The position numbers and the translations under genes were made by a program. From a virus (lineage: Duplodnaviria; Caudoviricetes), in the IMG/VR virus record IMGVR_UViG_3300036766_002130, positions 1-63,846 of that record: a stretch of 63,846 bases of DNA; one strand, 5' to 3'. This document shows positions 38,332 to 48,984 of this stretch, piece by piece. The notes under the pieces were generated by a model. It was not told the DNA's origin. It did no database searches and was given only the letters and a program-made list of their open reading frames with translations. Numbering within the stretch: position 1 is the stretch's first letter; each line of letters starts with the position of its first letter.

Positions 38332-38523
38332 GGGATAAAAATGATATGCTCAAAACACTTTGTAATATGGCTGGTATTGAATGGCAAGTAGTGCTACTTG
38401 CTATTTATGCCTATTGTTGTTTATGTTGAAAGTGAGGTGCAGAAGTGAAACCCAAAAACCCCTGTACGTGTAAGAAATGTCAAACTGCTTGTGAGAGACC
38501 AGGTTGGTTTATAAAAGAGTAAC

Positions 38524-38559
38524 TTCTAAACCTATGAGCTTTAGCTATAGGAGGCCCAC
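38524..38559 (+). mobile_element. Minimal IS200/IS605 derivative (single hairpin)
   Basis: TAAC then TTCTAAACCTATGAGCTTTAGCTATAGGAGGCCCAC. Confidence 0.75.
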
Positions 38560-38598
38560 TCTCTTCTTTCTGGCCATTCTAAAAAGAACAAAATAGGG

Positions 38599-39348
38599 AT
38601 GAAAATGAACAACTACCTCAACAAAATACTAACCGGGGACTGCATCAAAGTCTTACAAGAAATGCCAGCCGAGTCTGTAGATCTGGTCGTGACGAGTCCA
38701 CCTTACAACTGCGGGATTGAATATAACAACTACAATGACCCCCGTCCATTTGATGAATACTATTCTTGGTGTAAAGAATGGGTATCTTTATGTTACAAAG
38801 TCTTAAAGGATAACCGGCGAATAGCTCTAAACGTTTTAGTTAACATGGGAAATAGACAGATAGGAAGAGACCTACCATGCGTTAGGTTTAGCAACCTACT
38901 CGAACAGGTAGGGTTTAACTTGAATAACATTATCCTTTGGGAAGACGAAACTAGAGCAACCCTCACTGCCTGGGGAAGTTGGGCTTCTGCTAGTGCTCCC
39001 TACATATACTGTCCTTATGAAGCAATTATCATAGCCAGTAAAGGTGATTGGAAAAGGCAGGATAAAGGAATATCCAATATAACTGGGGATGAGTTCAAAA
39101 AGTGGGTTCGAGGAACGTGGAGGTTTCCCCCGGTAAGGAATAAATCTTTTCCAGTTTCTTTCCCAGAAGAACTTCCAAGAAGATGCATAAAGTTGTTATC
39201 ATATGTTGGGGACATAGTACTTGACCCATTTTGCGGGATTGGAACCACTTGTACAGTCGCGAAAAAGTTGAACCGGGAGTATATTGGAATTGACATATCT
39301 CCGAAGTACTGCAAACTGGCAAGAAATCGACTAAGGACATTTTTTTGA
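38599..39348 (+). CDS. DNA amino-methyltransferase (N4-C/N6-A, beta class)
   Basis: VTSPPYN precedes VLDPFCGIGTT. Confidence 0.92.
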   Translation: MKMNNYLNKILTGDCIKVLQEMPAESVDLVVTSPPYNCGIEYNNYNDPRPFDEYYSWCKEWVSLCYKVLKDNRRIALNVLVNMGNRQIGRDLPCVRFSNLLEQVGFNLNNIILWEDETRATLTAWGSWASASAPYIYCPYEAIIIASKGDWKRQDKGISNITGDEFKKWVRGTWRFPPVRNKSFPVSFPEELPRRCIKLLSYVGDIVLDPFCGIGTTCTVAKKLNREYIGIDISPKYCKLARNRLRTFF

Positions 39349-39650
39349 AGAAAAGAGAGTAGATAAATGGGAAAAGAAAAAATAATAGTCTATCTAAGAA
39401 AACTTACATCGAAGACTCCAGAGTTTACTGGTCAAGCTGGTTACTATATTGTTGATAGTGATCAAGCACACCCCCCTCCTACATAAAGATGGGGGATGGC
39501 GCGGCTCAATAGGATTATACCTAAGCCATACAGCAAATAAGTTTCTTTGGGACGCACCTGGGTGCTTTGAAACAAAAGAAGAAGCAATAAAGCTAGCAGA
39601 AAAACTTGGATACAAATTAGTAGAACAATGTTAAGGATTGGTAAAGTGAA

Positions 39651-40142
39651 ATGGAAACGCAACTTGAACGGTATATCAAACTCATTGAAGATCACGCACG
39701 GGTAGCTTACCACAAGATAAGGAAGCCTTCGCAATACACAACTAAGGATTTAGTTCAGGAAGGAGTGATTGTCTTTTTACTTACTAAAGAGGCCTACTCT
39801 AGCGAAAAAGGCGCTTCCTTCAGGACTTATCTTACTATGAGACTTCGGCAGCGCTTCTATGATATTATAAAAGAATCGTACCAACATTTCAAGGACGGTT
39901 CGGACCGAAAGGAGAAGTTAGAAAGAAGACCAAAAAATAGTGTAAACCCTGTAGAAGCTGCCTCCATCACATTTTTACTCAAAAAACTTACTTCAGAAGA
40001 GTTAGAGTATACCAAAACAATGCTGTGGTTATATGGAGAAAAATACTTTGTGAGGAGGAAAGTAGCTAGGGAAATGCTTGGAATTACCTATGGGAGGGAG
40101 ATTAAACTAAGAAATAGCATTAGAAGTAAAGTAAGAAGATGA
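39651..40142 (+). CDS. Sigma70 region-2-like protein
   Basis: DLVQEG...Y..EKGASFRTYL...LR. Confidence 0.6.
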   Translation: METQLERYIKLIEDHARVAYHKIRKPSQYTTKDLVQEGVIVFLLTKEAYSSEKGASFRTYLTMRLRQRFYDIIKESYQHFKDGSDRKEKLERRPKNSVNPVEAASITFLLKKLTSEELEYTKTMLWLYGEKYFVRRKVAREMLGITYGREIKLRNSIRSKVRR

Positions 40143-40149
40143 GAATTTT

Positions 40150-40208
40150 TAGAAAAATTCCAATTTTTCATTTGTATCCCCCCCAAAAAGAGGTTATAAT
40201 TTATAAAA
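40150..40208 (+). promoter_or_regulatory. Repeated phage promoter copy
   Basis: aaattccaatttttcatttgtatccccccaaaaagaggttataat. Confidence 0.75.
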
Positions 40209-40253
40209 GAGGACCAAAAATGGGTAATCAAATTTATTTTGGAAGGTATCTAG

Positions 40254-41194
40254 ATGGAAGCTAAAGCATATTCAAAGCGAAATGCAGAAGAGCTTAGAAT
40301 CCTTTTAGAAGCAGATTTTTACAATATCAACCGAGACCCACACAAAATTCTAGAAGAGATTTGGAACTACGTCCTATTCCTCGAGAAGAGAATCAAAAAG
40401 TTAGAACGTAAGAACAACAGGATAAAGAAAAATGGATAAGAATAAAATAGATGAAGAAGCAGAACGCGAAGGAATAGCACTTGAAAGGGTAAGGGAATTT
40501 CAAGCAAAGAAGCCCAGTAAAAAATTAAAAGCCAAACCCGTGACCACAAAAGTATTGGATGAGTCATTTTTTGACCACTATGGGTATGGTGGATACACTT
40601 CGAAAAAGGAGAGTGAAAAATGAAACTAAAACAACAATGTCAAGGATTAGATTATAGAAATGGTAGAAGGTGTCGACGGAAAGCAACGCGCAGTCTTAGA
40701 CTTCATCTTGACAATGAATGTCACGGTTGCAACTGGATTCAGATCCCTCTCTGTAGTCGATGTTTACATTTTATAGAAAATCGAGAACCTATTGCCTTTG
40801 GCTAAGAAAAAGTAAGGGATAAATACTAATGCTTTCCAATGTAGAAACTATATATTTATACTGTGCTGCCGCTCTTCGCAAACTTGGTTTCAGCCGAAGT
40901 GAGATTGCAATCCTGGTATTAGGAAAAGATAGCCTTCTATCTGTCTCTTCAAACTACGTACCAGATAGTACTAAGGATTTGATCGAAAAATTTACAAAAG
41001 AGCAGGAAAAAGAGAAGGAAACAACAGATCCACTTGATAAAAAACTCCATAGAATTCAAGCAGAGTTATTATATTTTATGATTAAGAAGCAATTAGATAA
41101 GTACATAAAAGTCTTTGAAGAGGCTGAATCTGTTACAGCCATAAGCCGAGAAGGGTGTGGGGGACCAGAGTATTTGAGAGGAAGAGTTTGCTAA
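40254..41194 (+). other. Run of four small hypothetical ORFs (40254, 40432, 40620, 40829)
   Basis: Closely coupled ORFs behind the promoter. Confidence 0.55.
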
Positions 41195-41470
41195 GTTACT
41201 TGAAGATTTACCTGACAAATAACAACTATTTTTGGGGGTATGAAAAATGAGTGACAGAACAGTAGTATGGTTAACGGGAATTACGTGTACTACATTACTC
41301 GCTCTGGTCCTGGGTATTTTTGCTATGGCTAACTGGAGAACAAAAATTTTTGTCGAGAATGGATATACCCGGCAGACAATTCAGAGCCAGTCCAGTGTAG
41401 AGTGGGTAAAAACTAAGTAGTGTTTTTTAAGAAAAAAATTAAACTACTCATAATTTGGAGGTAAAAAATC

Positions 41471-42499
41471 ATGAAAGTAAACGAACTAAAAGGTGTTCTA
41501 ACAAAGGAGCAGCTATTGGATCAGGTAAAGGACTACGAAGCTTCAGAACCCTTAGAAGTAGAATTAGGAAGTAGTATAGAATTCCAGGTTAATCCAGAAG
41601 GGGTTGTTTCCTTGGCTCATAGAGCAGGAGTGACCACATTAAGTCCGAAAGCACTTGACAACTTGGTATCTTACGTTGGTTTTCCAAGACCATATCTGTC
41701 AAAGATTCCAGCTGAGCAAGTCAAGGACCTAGTAGTTCCTCATCTTAACTACTGGTACCAGCATGAACTCGCTGAGGAAACTCTCCGGCTCCTCACCATT
41801 GGAGACAACGCTGTTATGGCTATTCCAAAAGCCAACTTCAAGCACGTTAAGATATCAGAAGTTGTCAACGCTGCTGAAAGTGTTCTTGGGAAGTCAGTAG
41901 CAGGGTACCATAAAGCTTATTTTGGTCCCCTATCCTTTCAGTTTAGTGTTCTAACACCAAGAGAAGTTAAGCTAACTGACCGAGATACTTACAATGCTGG
42001 GATTAGGATTGAACACAGTCTTGAGGGAAAAGCTTCTACCAGGATTGCACCATACCTGTTTAATCAGTGGTGCACTAATGGTGCAACGACCGAGCACCAA
42101 CTTGAATCATGGAAGAGGAAAAATCAAAAGGAAGATATTGGGATTTGGATGCAGAGGATGGTAACTGAAGCGAGCAAGCTCTTTGATATGGAGGTGGATA
42201 ATCTTAAGCAGCTTTGCGGGATCAAGGTGGATGAGCAGACCTCTGCAGTACTTGATTCAGTCCTTCAGCAGTCAAGAGTACCGGAGAGGCTGCAGAAAGA
42301 GGTCAAGAATGTTCTGATTGACAACAAGGCAGAAACACTCTATGATCTTTATCTTTGTCTAACTAATGTAGATACACACTCAAGCGTTTTTGAAGAGCAT
42401 CCAAATAGCCGAGGTGTATTAAATCGAGTAGCGGCGCATCTAGCTAGCCACTCGAAGCTGTGCCCGGTTTGCCATAAGCAGCTAAATGGTGAAGCGTAG
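41471..42499 (+). CDS. DUF932-like phage protein
   Basis: GIRIEHS..G......PYLF..WCTNG. Confidence 0.55.
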   Translation: MKVNELKGVLTKEQLLDQVKDYEASEPLEVELGSSIEFQVNPEGVVSLAHRAGVTTLSPKALDNLVSYVGFPRPYLSKIPAEQVKDLVVPHLNYWYQHELAEETLRLLTIGDNAVMAIPKANFKHVKISEVVNAAESVLGKSVAGYHKAYFGPLSFQFSVLTPREVKLTDRDTYNAGIRIEHSLEGKASTRIAPYLFNQWCTNGATTEHQLESWKRKNQKEDIGIWMQRMVTEASKLFDMEVDNLKQLCGIKVDEQTSAVLDSVLQQSRVPERLQKEVKNVLIDNKAETLYDLYLCLTNVDTHSSVFEEHPNSRGVLNRVAAHLASHSKLCPVCHKQLNGEA

Positions 42500-42552
42500 T
42501 TTGATAAAAAATAATCAAAACAAATTTCTAACATAATTGAAGGGAGAGTAAA

Positions 42553-42789
42553 ATGAAAGCCGTTTTAGGAATTACTTTAATTCTAATTGGTGTTGTTACT
42601 GGATTGTACATCGGTCTCTGGTGGGCATTCATTGGAGGAATTGTTCAAGTAATTAACGCAATCAGAGCACCTGAAATAGCTCCACTTACTATTGCTCTCG
42701 GAATCGCAAAGATAGTACTTGCTTCCTTTCTAGGGTGCATTAGTGCATTGATCCCTATTGTTCCAGGATGGATGTTAGTTAGCAGGTAA
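42553..42789 (+). CDS. Small membrane protein
   Basis: Hydrophobic; WWAFIGGIVQ. Confidence 0.65.
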   Translation: MKAVLGITLILIGVVTGLYIGLWWAFIGGIVQVINAIRAPEIAPLTIALGIAKIVLASFLGCISALIPIVPGWMLVSR

Positions 42790-42799
42790 AACCGTGCAT

Positions 42800-42859
42800 G
42801 GTGGCCGTAGTGTAACTGGTAGCACAGCAGACCGTGGATCTGTGGGAGTGGATTCAAAT
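42800..42859 (+). pseudogene. 3'-truncated tRNA-His(GTG)
   Basis: G-GTGGCCG-TA-GTGT/GCAC D arm, GCAGA-CCGTGGA-TCTGT anticodon arm, GTGGA-TTCAAAT; the 3' T-stem and acceptor strand are missing. Confidence 0.7.
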
Positions 42860-43043
42860 GAACTTTCCTTATACAGTTGAAGAAGAATATGCAAATCTAA
42901 AAGATGGTAGGTGTTGTCATACAGTAACCGATTCCACAGGATTTCATTTCTATAGATGCAGCAAAAAAGTTAAAGAATACATAGATGGTGTAGGACTTTG
43001 TGGAGTACATACTCGCTCCGTAAAAAGATGGAGAAAAATGTAG
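42858..43043 (+). CDS. Small Cys/His protein (probable start MNFPY)
   Basis: RCC...RCSK...LCGVH. Confidence 0.5.
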   Translation: MNFPYTVEEEYANLKDGRCCHTVTDSTGFHFYRCSKKVKEYIDGVGLCGVHTRSVKRWRKM

Positions 43044-43091
43044 AATTTCTTACAAGAGAGCAAGAATGACCAACTTCTTTAATCAACAGAA

Positions 43092-44192
43092 GTGATAAAA
43101 TATCGTATCGTCGAATTTGGAAAAGATGTGAACGATTTCTTAAAGAAGGTTAAGGGAAAAATGCAGGAACGATATTGGGACAGTTTTGCAAAACGGATAG
43201 ACGAAACGGTTGCCGCGGAGTTGAAAAATACTCACCCACCACTGGGTCGCATTGCTCTGCATATTACCTCCCGGTGCAACTTTAGATGTGATTATTGCAA
43301 TGAGTATCATAATGGTTGCACTTTACCCAAGGAGTTGTTTGCAAAAATTGTCCAAGAATATTCTCAAATAGGTGGTGGTATTTTACACATTACCGGTGGG
43401 GAGCCAACTATGGTAAGTTGGTTGGATGAAGCTATACAAAACAGACCAGAAAATGTAACAATAAATCTTAACTCTAACTGTTTCAAGTTACTTAACAAGG
43501 AAACTTACAAATTTATTGACAGGATAAAAGTATCTCTTGATACCTATAAAGAGCAGTATTTTGATAGCATAGTTCATCATGAAGGAGCTTTCAAAAGAAT
43601 TGTAATAAATCTTTGGCAACTAGAAAATTATGATAAAGCTCGAGATACCAGCATTACATATACCTTAACCAAAGAAAATTATCAAGATACCCCCACATTT
43701 CTGGCTTGGTGTTATAATACACTACCTTCACTCTATGCTATTTTCTTTTCAGTTTATAAAGGAAGTAACAAAAGGTTTCTTTTCACCGAGGAAGACCAGG
43801 AACTGTTTTGGGGTCAAATTGCTCCAGCAATGAAAAGAATGTTTGAAATTAACAATGATAAAGAAAGCCTATGGTTGTTTGAACAATCCTATAATGCTAA
43901 AACTTTATCTTCATCCTGTAAATATCCTGAAAATCTAAACGGCTTATGCTATATTTCCAAAAGTGAGTTAACCATAGATGAACAAGGAAGGGTTTGGAGA
44001 TGCTCACATCTATTTCGGGACAAGTTACCTCCGAGTTTCTTTAACATTAGAGATACAACTTTAGAAGAGATACATCATAGTTTAGACCAACAACTCTACC
44101 CTCAGTGTTTGACTGGATGTAATCTAAAACTCGTAAGATTTAACCAGGAAGTGCAGGCAAAAATAAACCGGGTTTTTGAAAAGAACAAATAA
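43092..44192 (+). CDS. Radical SAM/SPASM-like protein
   Basis: CNFRCDYC, TGGEP, C-terminal C...G.V..C. Confidence 0.88.
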   Translation: MIKYRIVEFGKDVNDFLKKVKGKMQERYWDSFAKRIDETVAAELKNTHPPLGRIALHITSRCNFRCDYCNEYHNGCTLPKELFAKIVQEYSQIGGGILHITGGEPTMVSWLDEAIQNRPENVTINLNSNCFKLLNKETYKFIDRIKVSLDTYKEQYFDSIVHHEGAFKRIVINLWQLENYDKARDTSITYTLTKENYQDTPTFLAWCYNTLPSLYAIFFSVYKGSNKRFLFTEEDQELFWGQIAPAMKRMFEINNDKESLWLFEQSYNAKTLSSSCKYPENLNGLCYISKSELTIDEQGRVWRCSHLFRDKLPPSFFNIRDTTLEEIHHSLDQQLYPQCLTGCNLKLVRFNQEVQAKINRVFEKNK

Positions 44193-44207
44193 GAAAGGGG
44201 AACTAAA

Positions 44208-44504
44208 ATGGAAGTTCAATTTGTAAGAGAAGACCTTAGCGTAAGAAAACAAGCATGGACAAGTGGTCCGCTTGGATTTCCAGCTGTGGATACCCCAGCT
44301 TCACAGTTTGTATTCATACAAACCACCCATGCTGTATACAACCGGGCTAAAGTAATTAGTGAATCACCCAATAGCATTACTATCGAGTATACGAGGAAAA
44401 GTGATGCTGATAAGCCCCAAAATGCTAACAAGTCTCAAATGGAAAAGCGGGTGGAATCACTGAAGAGGTCAGAAATTGTAGTTCTCAGGAATTATGTGGA
44501 CTGA
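44208..44504 (+). CDS. Hypothetical protein
   Basis: ORF with RBS. Confidence 0.6.
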   Translation: MEVQFVREDLSVRKQAWTSGPLGFPAVDTPASQFVFIQTTHAVYNRAKVISESPNSITIEYTRKSDADKPQNANKSQMEKRVESLKRSEIVVLRNYVD

Positions 44505-44505
44505 C

Positions 44506-44542
44506 TTCTAAAACCTATGGGCTTTAGCCATAGGTAGATGAC
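44506..44542 (+). mobile_element. Minimal IS200/IS605 derivative (single hairpin)
   Basis: TGAC then TTCTAAAACCTATGGGCTTTAGCCATAGGTAGATGAC. Confidence 0.78.
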
Positions 44543-44649
44543 AACACCTTAAATTACCTATCTCACTTACAGCAGAACAAATAACCTTTCAAATCAAAGA
44601 AAGGGTGATTTGTACGAAGTGTTATGCCATTGAGAAGGTGCTGGAGGTT

Positions 44650-44687
44650 AAAAGACGAAAGCGGAGCAACGTCCATCGCTGCCCCGC
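44650..44687 (-). terminator. Probable terminator between convergent blocks
   Basis: GCGGGGCAGCG...CGTTGCTCCGC followed by TTTCGTCTTTT on the minus strand. Confidence 0.55.
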
Positions 44688-44788
44688 CCCCGCGAAGGAA
44701 GTGAGAAAAACTTTGCTACTTCTTTGCACACATAAATGTGTAAAGTTACTTTGATATTCTATTTGTCTTTTCCAACAATTCTATTTCT

Positions 44789-45952
44789 TTACATTTGCTT
44801 CCGATAAGAAAGAACGATAGGGAACTCGGCCGTTTTCCCAAACTTTGGGTGTAAAATAAAGAAGCTCTGTTGTGGTGGTTCGTAATCTGCTTTAATTAAC
44901 TCAGCAAACTCAGAGTAGCCAATAACCGATCCATTGATAACATAATCTCTGCTGGTTTCCCGCGTATGCCAATGCGCTAGAATATCCAAATCTGCATGTT
45001 GCGCTTTATTCCACTGGGCAATTGCTTTCCTTAATGGAATATGTATCCCTCCAACTCCACCGTGATAGCCTATTCTCTCTCCATGGTGAAATCTCAACTT
45101 TTTATCAAACACAGTTAGCCAGTTAAAGTAACCTTGTGGAAGCTTGAACTTAATTCGAGTCTCTCCTTGCATAGCAAACCACTTAGCTAAGAACTGATAT
45201 AACAACCATTCGTAAGTCTTTTTGGGAGACTTTTTAGTTTGGATTCTATCCGTAATTCTAGAATGATTTCCACAGCAGCATACCATATCTATCTCTTCAA
45301 GATCCCCCTCATTAAGAAGGAAGTGTAATCCGTTGATCCACAATTCAAATATTTCAACTACAGCTTCAGGAGGGGTCATCGAGCTATCCTCTTTGAGCTC
45401 TTCATGAATCCATCCAGTCATAAAATCCCCTAAAGCTCCTATAACAAGTCTTCTGATATCAGATTCCTTCCTACACATATTGAGAAGCCTTAAGGTATAC
45501 TTGAAATACCACTCAATTCGTTCCTTTCCTATTTTCCTATTGTATTCATTAACCCCACCAACTACAGTTTTGTCCACATTCTCATCAATATGCCAGTCAC
45601 TTGCTAGAGTAAAAGCTACTACCTCTTTTCTATGGGTAGGTTCAATTTTCCAGTTTGCTGGAGCAAGAACAGAGCTTAACTTTGTGAGACTTTCATATTG
45701 ACGGAGTTCTTCTTGAAGAGATTTTACTTCATCTAGTGCAACGTTGTATCTTGATCTTTGATCTGCTAATCCCTGTCTGAGCTCTCGCACTTCTAAATCA
45801 TGGGATACTGTTTTTATACCTTCCCCCTTCACTCCTGACTTAACACGATAAACCGTTCTCTTACTAACTCCGTACGTCTGAGCTATCTCTTTAACTGAAA
45901 GGCCATTGCTAATATCATTACGGATGCCTTGTTTGATAGTTTCGTGGATCAT
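44789..45952 (-). CDS. HTH plus metallophosphoesterase
   Basis: N-terminal HTH; SDWH, GD, GNH, HHG, HWH, NGS. Confidence 0.82.
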   Translation of the reverse strand: MIHETIKQGIRNDISNGLSVKEIAQTYGVSKRTVYRVKSGVKGEGIKTVSHDLEVRELRQGLADQRSRYNVALDEVKSLQEELRQYESLTKLSSVLAPANWKIEPTHRKEVVAFTLASDWHIDENVDKTVVGGVNEYNRKIGKERIEWYFKYTLRLLNMCRKESDIRRLVIGALGDFMTGWIHEELKEDSSMTPPEAVVEIFELWINGLHFLLNEGDLEEIDMVCCCGNHSRITDRIQTKKSPKKTYEWLLYQFLAKWFAMQGETRIKFKLPQGYFNWLTVFDKKLRFHHGERIGYHGGVGGIHIPLRKAIAQWNKAQHADLDILAHWHTRETSRDYVINGSVIGYSEFAELIKADYEPPQQSFFILHPKFGKTAEFPIVLSYRKQM

Positions 45953-46038
45953 ACTTTCTCCTTACAGAAATGGATACTTAAGTTCTCTCACTTACAGATT
46001 TGCCTTCCTAATGGAGTAAACTTCCTTCCTTACTATAA

Positions 46039-46644
46039 TTATACTTTTCTCACTTGTACTCTCTTGAAATTCCTTTTATTTCGAAACTCTCTAGAAGCCT
46101 GGTAATGTTTTATCACAGGATCTTTAACACTACTCATATAATCAAAGATCACGCACAAATTCTCTGGCAACAGGTGATATTTGTGCTGCTTTAGAACTAT
46201 AGCTAATGCACACTGGTCCCACAACTTTGAATCTTTTGAACATTCAGAGATCCACTCTTTAATAATTATACGAACTTCTTCATTGTTTTTAAGAAAAATT
46301 GTACCACTAAGTAACTCAGGGGGATGATTTTTTCTTCTGTACTTTGAGTGATCCAAAATATGAACTGCAATGTTTACATCTGGATCGATATCAAGTTTAT
46401 CGAAATAACCTGGATATTGAAGAAACTCCGCATCAGCATCGACATACACAATAGACTTGGGAAAGTGCTTTTCTAACATTTGTTGAAGAAAAACAGGCTT
46501 AAACTGTGTGTTTTTATACCAATCACCTAAGTCATTAACCAGATGAATATCATTAGGAATATTGAACCTTTTCAAGGATTCAACAAGTCGATTAGCATGT
46601 TTTTGATAATCAGGAGTAAAATAAGAAATGATTAACCAGTTCAT
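46039..46644 (-). CDS. GT-A fold glycosyltransferase (start MNWLII)
   Basis: FKP.F, YVDADA, SGTIF, WDQ, H.QASR. Confidence 0.75.
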   Translation of the reverse strand: MNWLIISYFTPDYQKHANRLVESLKRFNIPNDIHLVNDLGDWYKNTQFKPVFLQQMLEKHFPKSIVYVDADAEFLQYPGYFDKLDIDPDVNIAVHILDHSKYRRKNHPPELLSGTIFLKNNEEVRIIIKEWISECSKDSKLWDQCALAIVLKQHKYHLLPENLCVIFDYMSSVKDPVIKHYQASREFRNKRNFKRVQVRKV

Positions 46645-46745
46645 CTCATCTCCTTCTTCTGCCAAAAATGAAAGCTACACAACACAATAAGACCAATATA
46701 AAAATTGTAGACCATTCCGGAGTATACCAAGAAACTAAATCAAAG

Positions 46746-47633
46746 CTATACATTTGGTGTAATCCTTTCAAAGAAATTAACATAGTTTTGAGCCACTAAT
46801 CGAATGTCATGATTATCAACAGCAAATTTTCTTGCTTCTTCTCGCATACTTCTGTATAGGCTTGGGTTCTCAACCATTTGCAAAATAGCTTTCTTGATTG
46901 ATTCTCCTGCTCTTTCTACAAAAATACACTGTTTGTAATTCTCAAGGGCGTGTCCGTGGTATCCTATTTTGGTGCAAATTGCAGGAACTCCACAAGATAG
47001 TGCTTCAGCAATAACATTTGAACATCCTTCATTCTTGCTTGGAAGCACCAAACAGTCTATTTTATGATAGAAATCAGGAACCATTCGATTGGCAGCGATT
47101 TGATGTTTACCACGAATAGCATTTCTCTGCTCTATCCTGTCTCCCAAAGAATTTACTGCTTCTTGATATGGTGGCCACCCCTTGTAATCGGCATTAGCGC
47201 CCTCGATATTTGCTGCAAATCCAACAGTAAACTTCTCAGTATTTCTCCATGGTAGAGGATAATACGAATCTAAGTTTACACCATTGGGTTGCAAAATTAC
47301 ATTACTGTTCTTAGTGCAGGCGACATCAAACAAAACTTTGTTGGTGCAAATTACACCAGCTACTTTGGAAAGTATCTCTAGTCTTGAAGGAGTTAGCGCA
47401 CGAACACTATCAAGAATAGAAACCAAGTTGTCAAATCTTTTGTATAAATGTAAACACGTTGGATTCATAGCCACCACAATATCAACCCGCCGGCCCAAGT
47501 TCTCCAAAACTTCTTGGAATTTCTTCTTGTATCCGTGATAATGTTTGCACTGAGGCATATTTGCAGCCAGCATTTTGGCATTGATATCATAAGCCCAATC
47601 AGGAACGTCACAAATCCATAGTATACTTTTCAT
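46746..47633 (-). CDS. GT4-like glycosyltransferase
   Basis: PNGV, KG, PSKNEG.SN..AEA.SCGVP. Confidence 0.85.
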   Translation of the reverse strand: MKSILWICDVPDWAYDINAKMLAANMPQCKHYHGYKKKFQEVLENLGRRVDIVVAMNPTCLHLYKRFDNLVSILDSVRALTPSRLEILSKVAGVICTNKVLFDVACTKNSNVILQPNGVNLDSYYPLPWRNTEKFTVGFAANIEGANADYKGWPPYQEAVNSLGDRIEQRNAIRGKHQIAANRMVPDFYHKIDCLVLPSKNEGCSNVIAEALSCGVPAICTKIGYHGHALENYKQCIFVERAGESIKKAILQMVENPSLYRSMREEARKFAVDNHDIRLVAQNYVNFFERITPNV

Positions 47634-48340
47634 GGTATTTCCTTAATAATTGGACTGTTTACAGCACGTTGATTTGCCAACGCTATGATGTCAATTGGAG
47701 TTCTTAGTAACCGCATTACAGAATCTTTTCTATACGTACGGTAATAGAGAATTTCCTGAACGACTCTTCCTTCAAAAAATTGTTGTACTCTTCTGGTATA
47801 GTTGTATGTTTCACCAGTGAGCGCTAGAGGATCAAAGTAACCGACCTTCTCCACAGCAGCCCTAGAGTAAATCATTGAAGGATCAATCATACATAATTTC
47901 TTTGGGTAGATATTTTTTAAATCATCATCTGTACACCGGCAATGAATATCTACATATTTTCTTATTGCTATCCCGTGTTCATCAAATGATTGGCCCCAAC
48001 AACCAACAAACCCGATATTTTGTTCAAACTTTAACAGCTGCTTACTAATTCTCTCTGGATGACTTTCATCATCAGCGTCCATTCTTGCTATAAACTCACC
48101 TTTGGCCAAATCCAAACATTGATTCAACCGAATGGTAAGCCCTTTATTCTCATCTTCTCTAAAAGCTCTTATCCTTGGATCATTGTATGTTTTGATTCTA
48201 TCAAACACAGCCTCTGTAGAACCATCATCAATAATAATAAATTCTAAATCCTTTTCTGTTTGATTAAGAATACTCTGGATAGCTCTGTCCAAAAACCGGA
48301 TTCCGTTGAAAACCGGCATTATAACTGATACTTTAGGCAT
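47630..48340 (-). CDS. GT2 glycosyltransferase (start MPKVSV)
   Basis: SVIMPVFN, DDGSTE, ARMDADD. Confidence 0.9.
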   Translation of the reverse strand: MPKVSVIMPVFNGIRFLDRAIQSILNQTEKDLEFIIIDDGSTEAVFDRIKTYNDPRIRAFREDENKGLTIRLNQCLDLAKGEFIARMDADDESHPERISKQLLKFEQNIGFVGCWGQSFDEHGIAIRKYVDIHCRCTDDDLKNIYPKKLCMIDPSMIYSRAAVEKVGYFDPLALTGETYNYTRRVQQFFEGRVVQEILYYRTYRKDSVMRLLRTPIDIIALANQRAVNSPIIKEIP

Positions 48341-48342
48341 AA

Positions 48343-48984
48343 TTACTTCCTCGCCCAAAACTCCCAAAGCCAATCAAAGCAAAAAACGGAAGTATGCGTC
48401 TTAGATAACCCATCTTGAATTGCTTGTCTTCGAGAGACACTTTCTTCGCCGTATTGATGAAATTGAATAGCTATATGTTCGAATTTATTTACCAATCCAC
48501 TTTCTATCATAGCTGGGAGTATTTCATACTCGCCACCCTCACAATTACACTGCAGCAAATCAATACCTTCTATATGATTCTCAGTTATAAAATCTACAAC
48601 GGATTTTATCTGGATGTTCCTATGTTTTCCTGGACAGAATATTCCGGTGGCATCCTCCTTAACACCCACTTTCTGAAGTCTAGTACTGCTACCTAAACCA
48701 AAAGGAAACATTGTAACCTTAGAATTATTGACAAATTCCTTCTTGCCATCCAAGTACCATTCCTCTATCGGTTCGAACGCAAAGATAAATGGGTTATATC
48801 TTTGCACTATTTCCCTCACCCAGCGGCCGTGCCAGTAACCAACTTCCCAGACTTTGCTTTTTTCATTCAAAAAGGGAAAAATCTCAATCTGGTGATCCCC
48901 ACCGGCTGCAAGCCACCTTTTGTATTCATCTGATTTTTTTACCTTTGCACTCACGTTACTACTTCCTAAAACAAAAATCTGCAT
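48343..48984 (-). CDS. FkbM-family methyltransferase
   Basis: FAFEP, IDLL..NCEGGEY, IQFH. Confidence 0.8.
   Translation of the reverse strand: MQIFVLGSSNVSAKVKKSDEYKRWLAAGGDHQIEIFPFLNEKSKVWEVGYWHGRWVREIVQRYNPFIFAFEPIEEWYLDGKKEFVNNSKVTMFPFGLGSSTRLQKVGVKEDATGIFCPGKHRNIQIKSVVDFITENHIEGIDLLQCNCEGGEYEILPAMIESGLVNKFEHIAIQFHQYGEESVSRRQAIQDGLSKTHTSVFCFDWLWEFWARK

Noticed and set aside
45957-45969. Target of the orphan omegaRNA guide (tctccttacagaa)
   Set aside because: Only a short match centred on a shared AAGGAG RBS; the TAM-proximal guide bases do not match.
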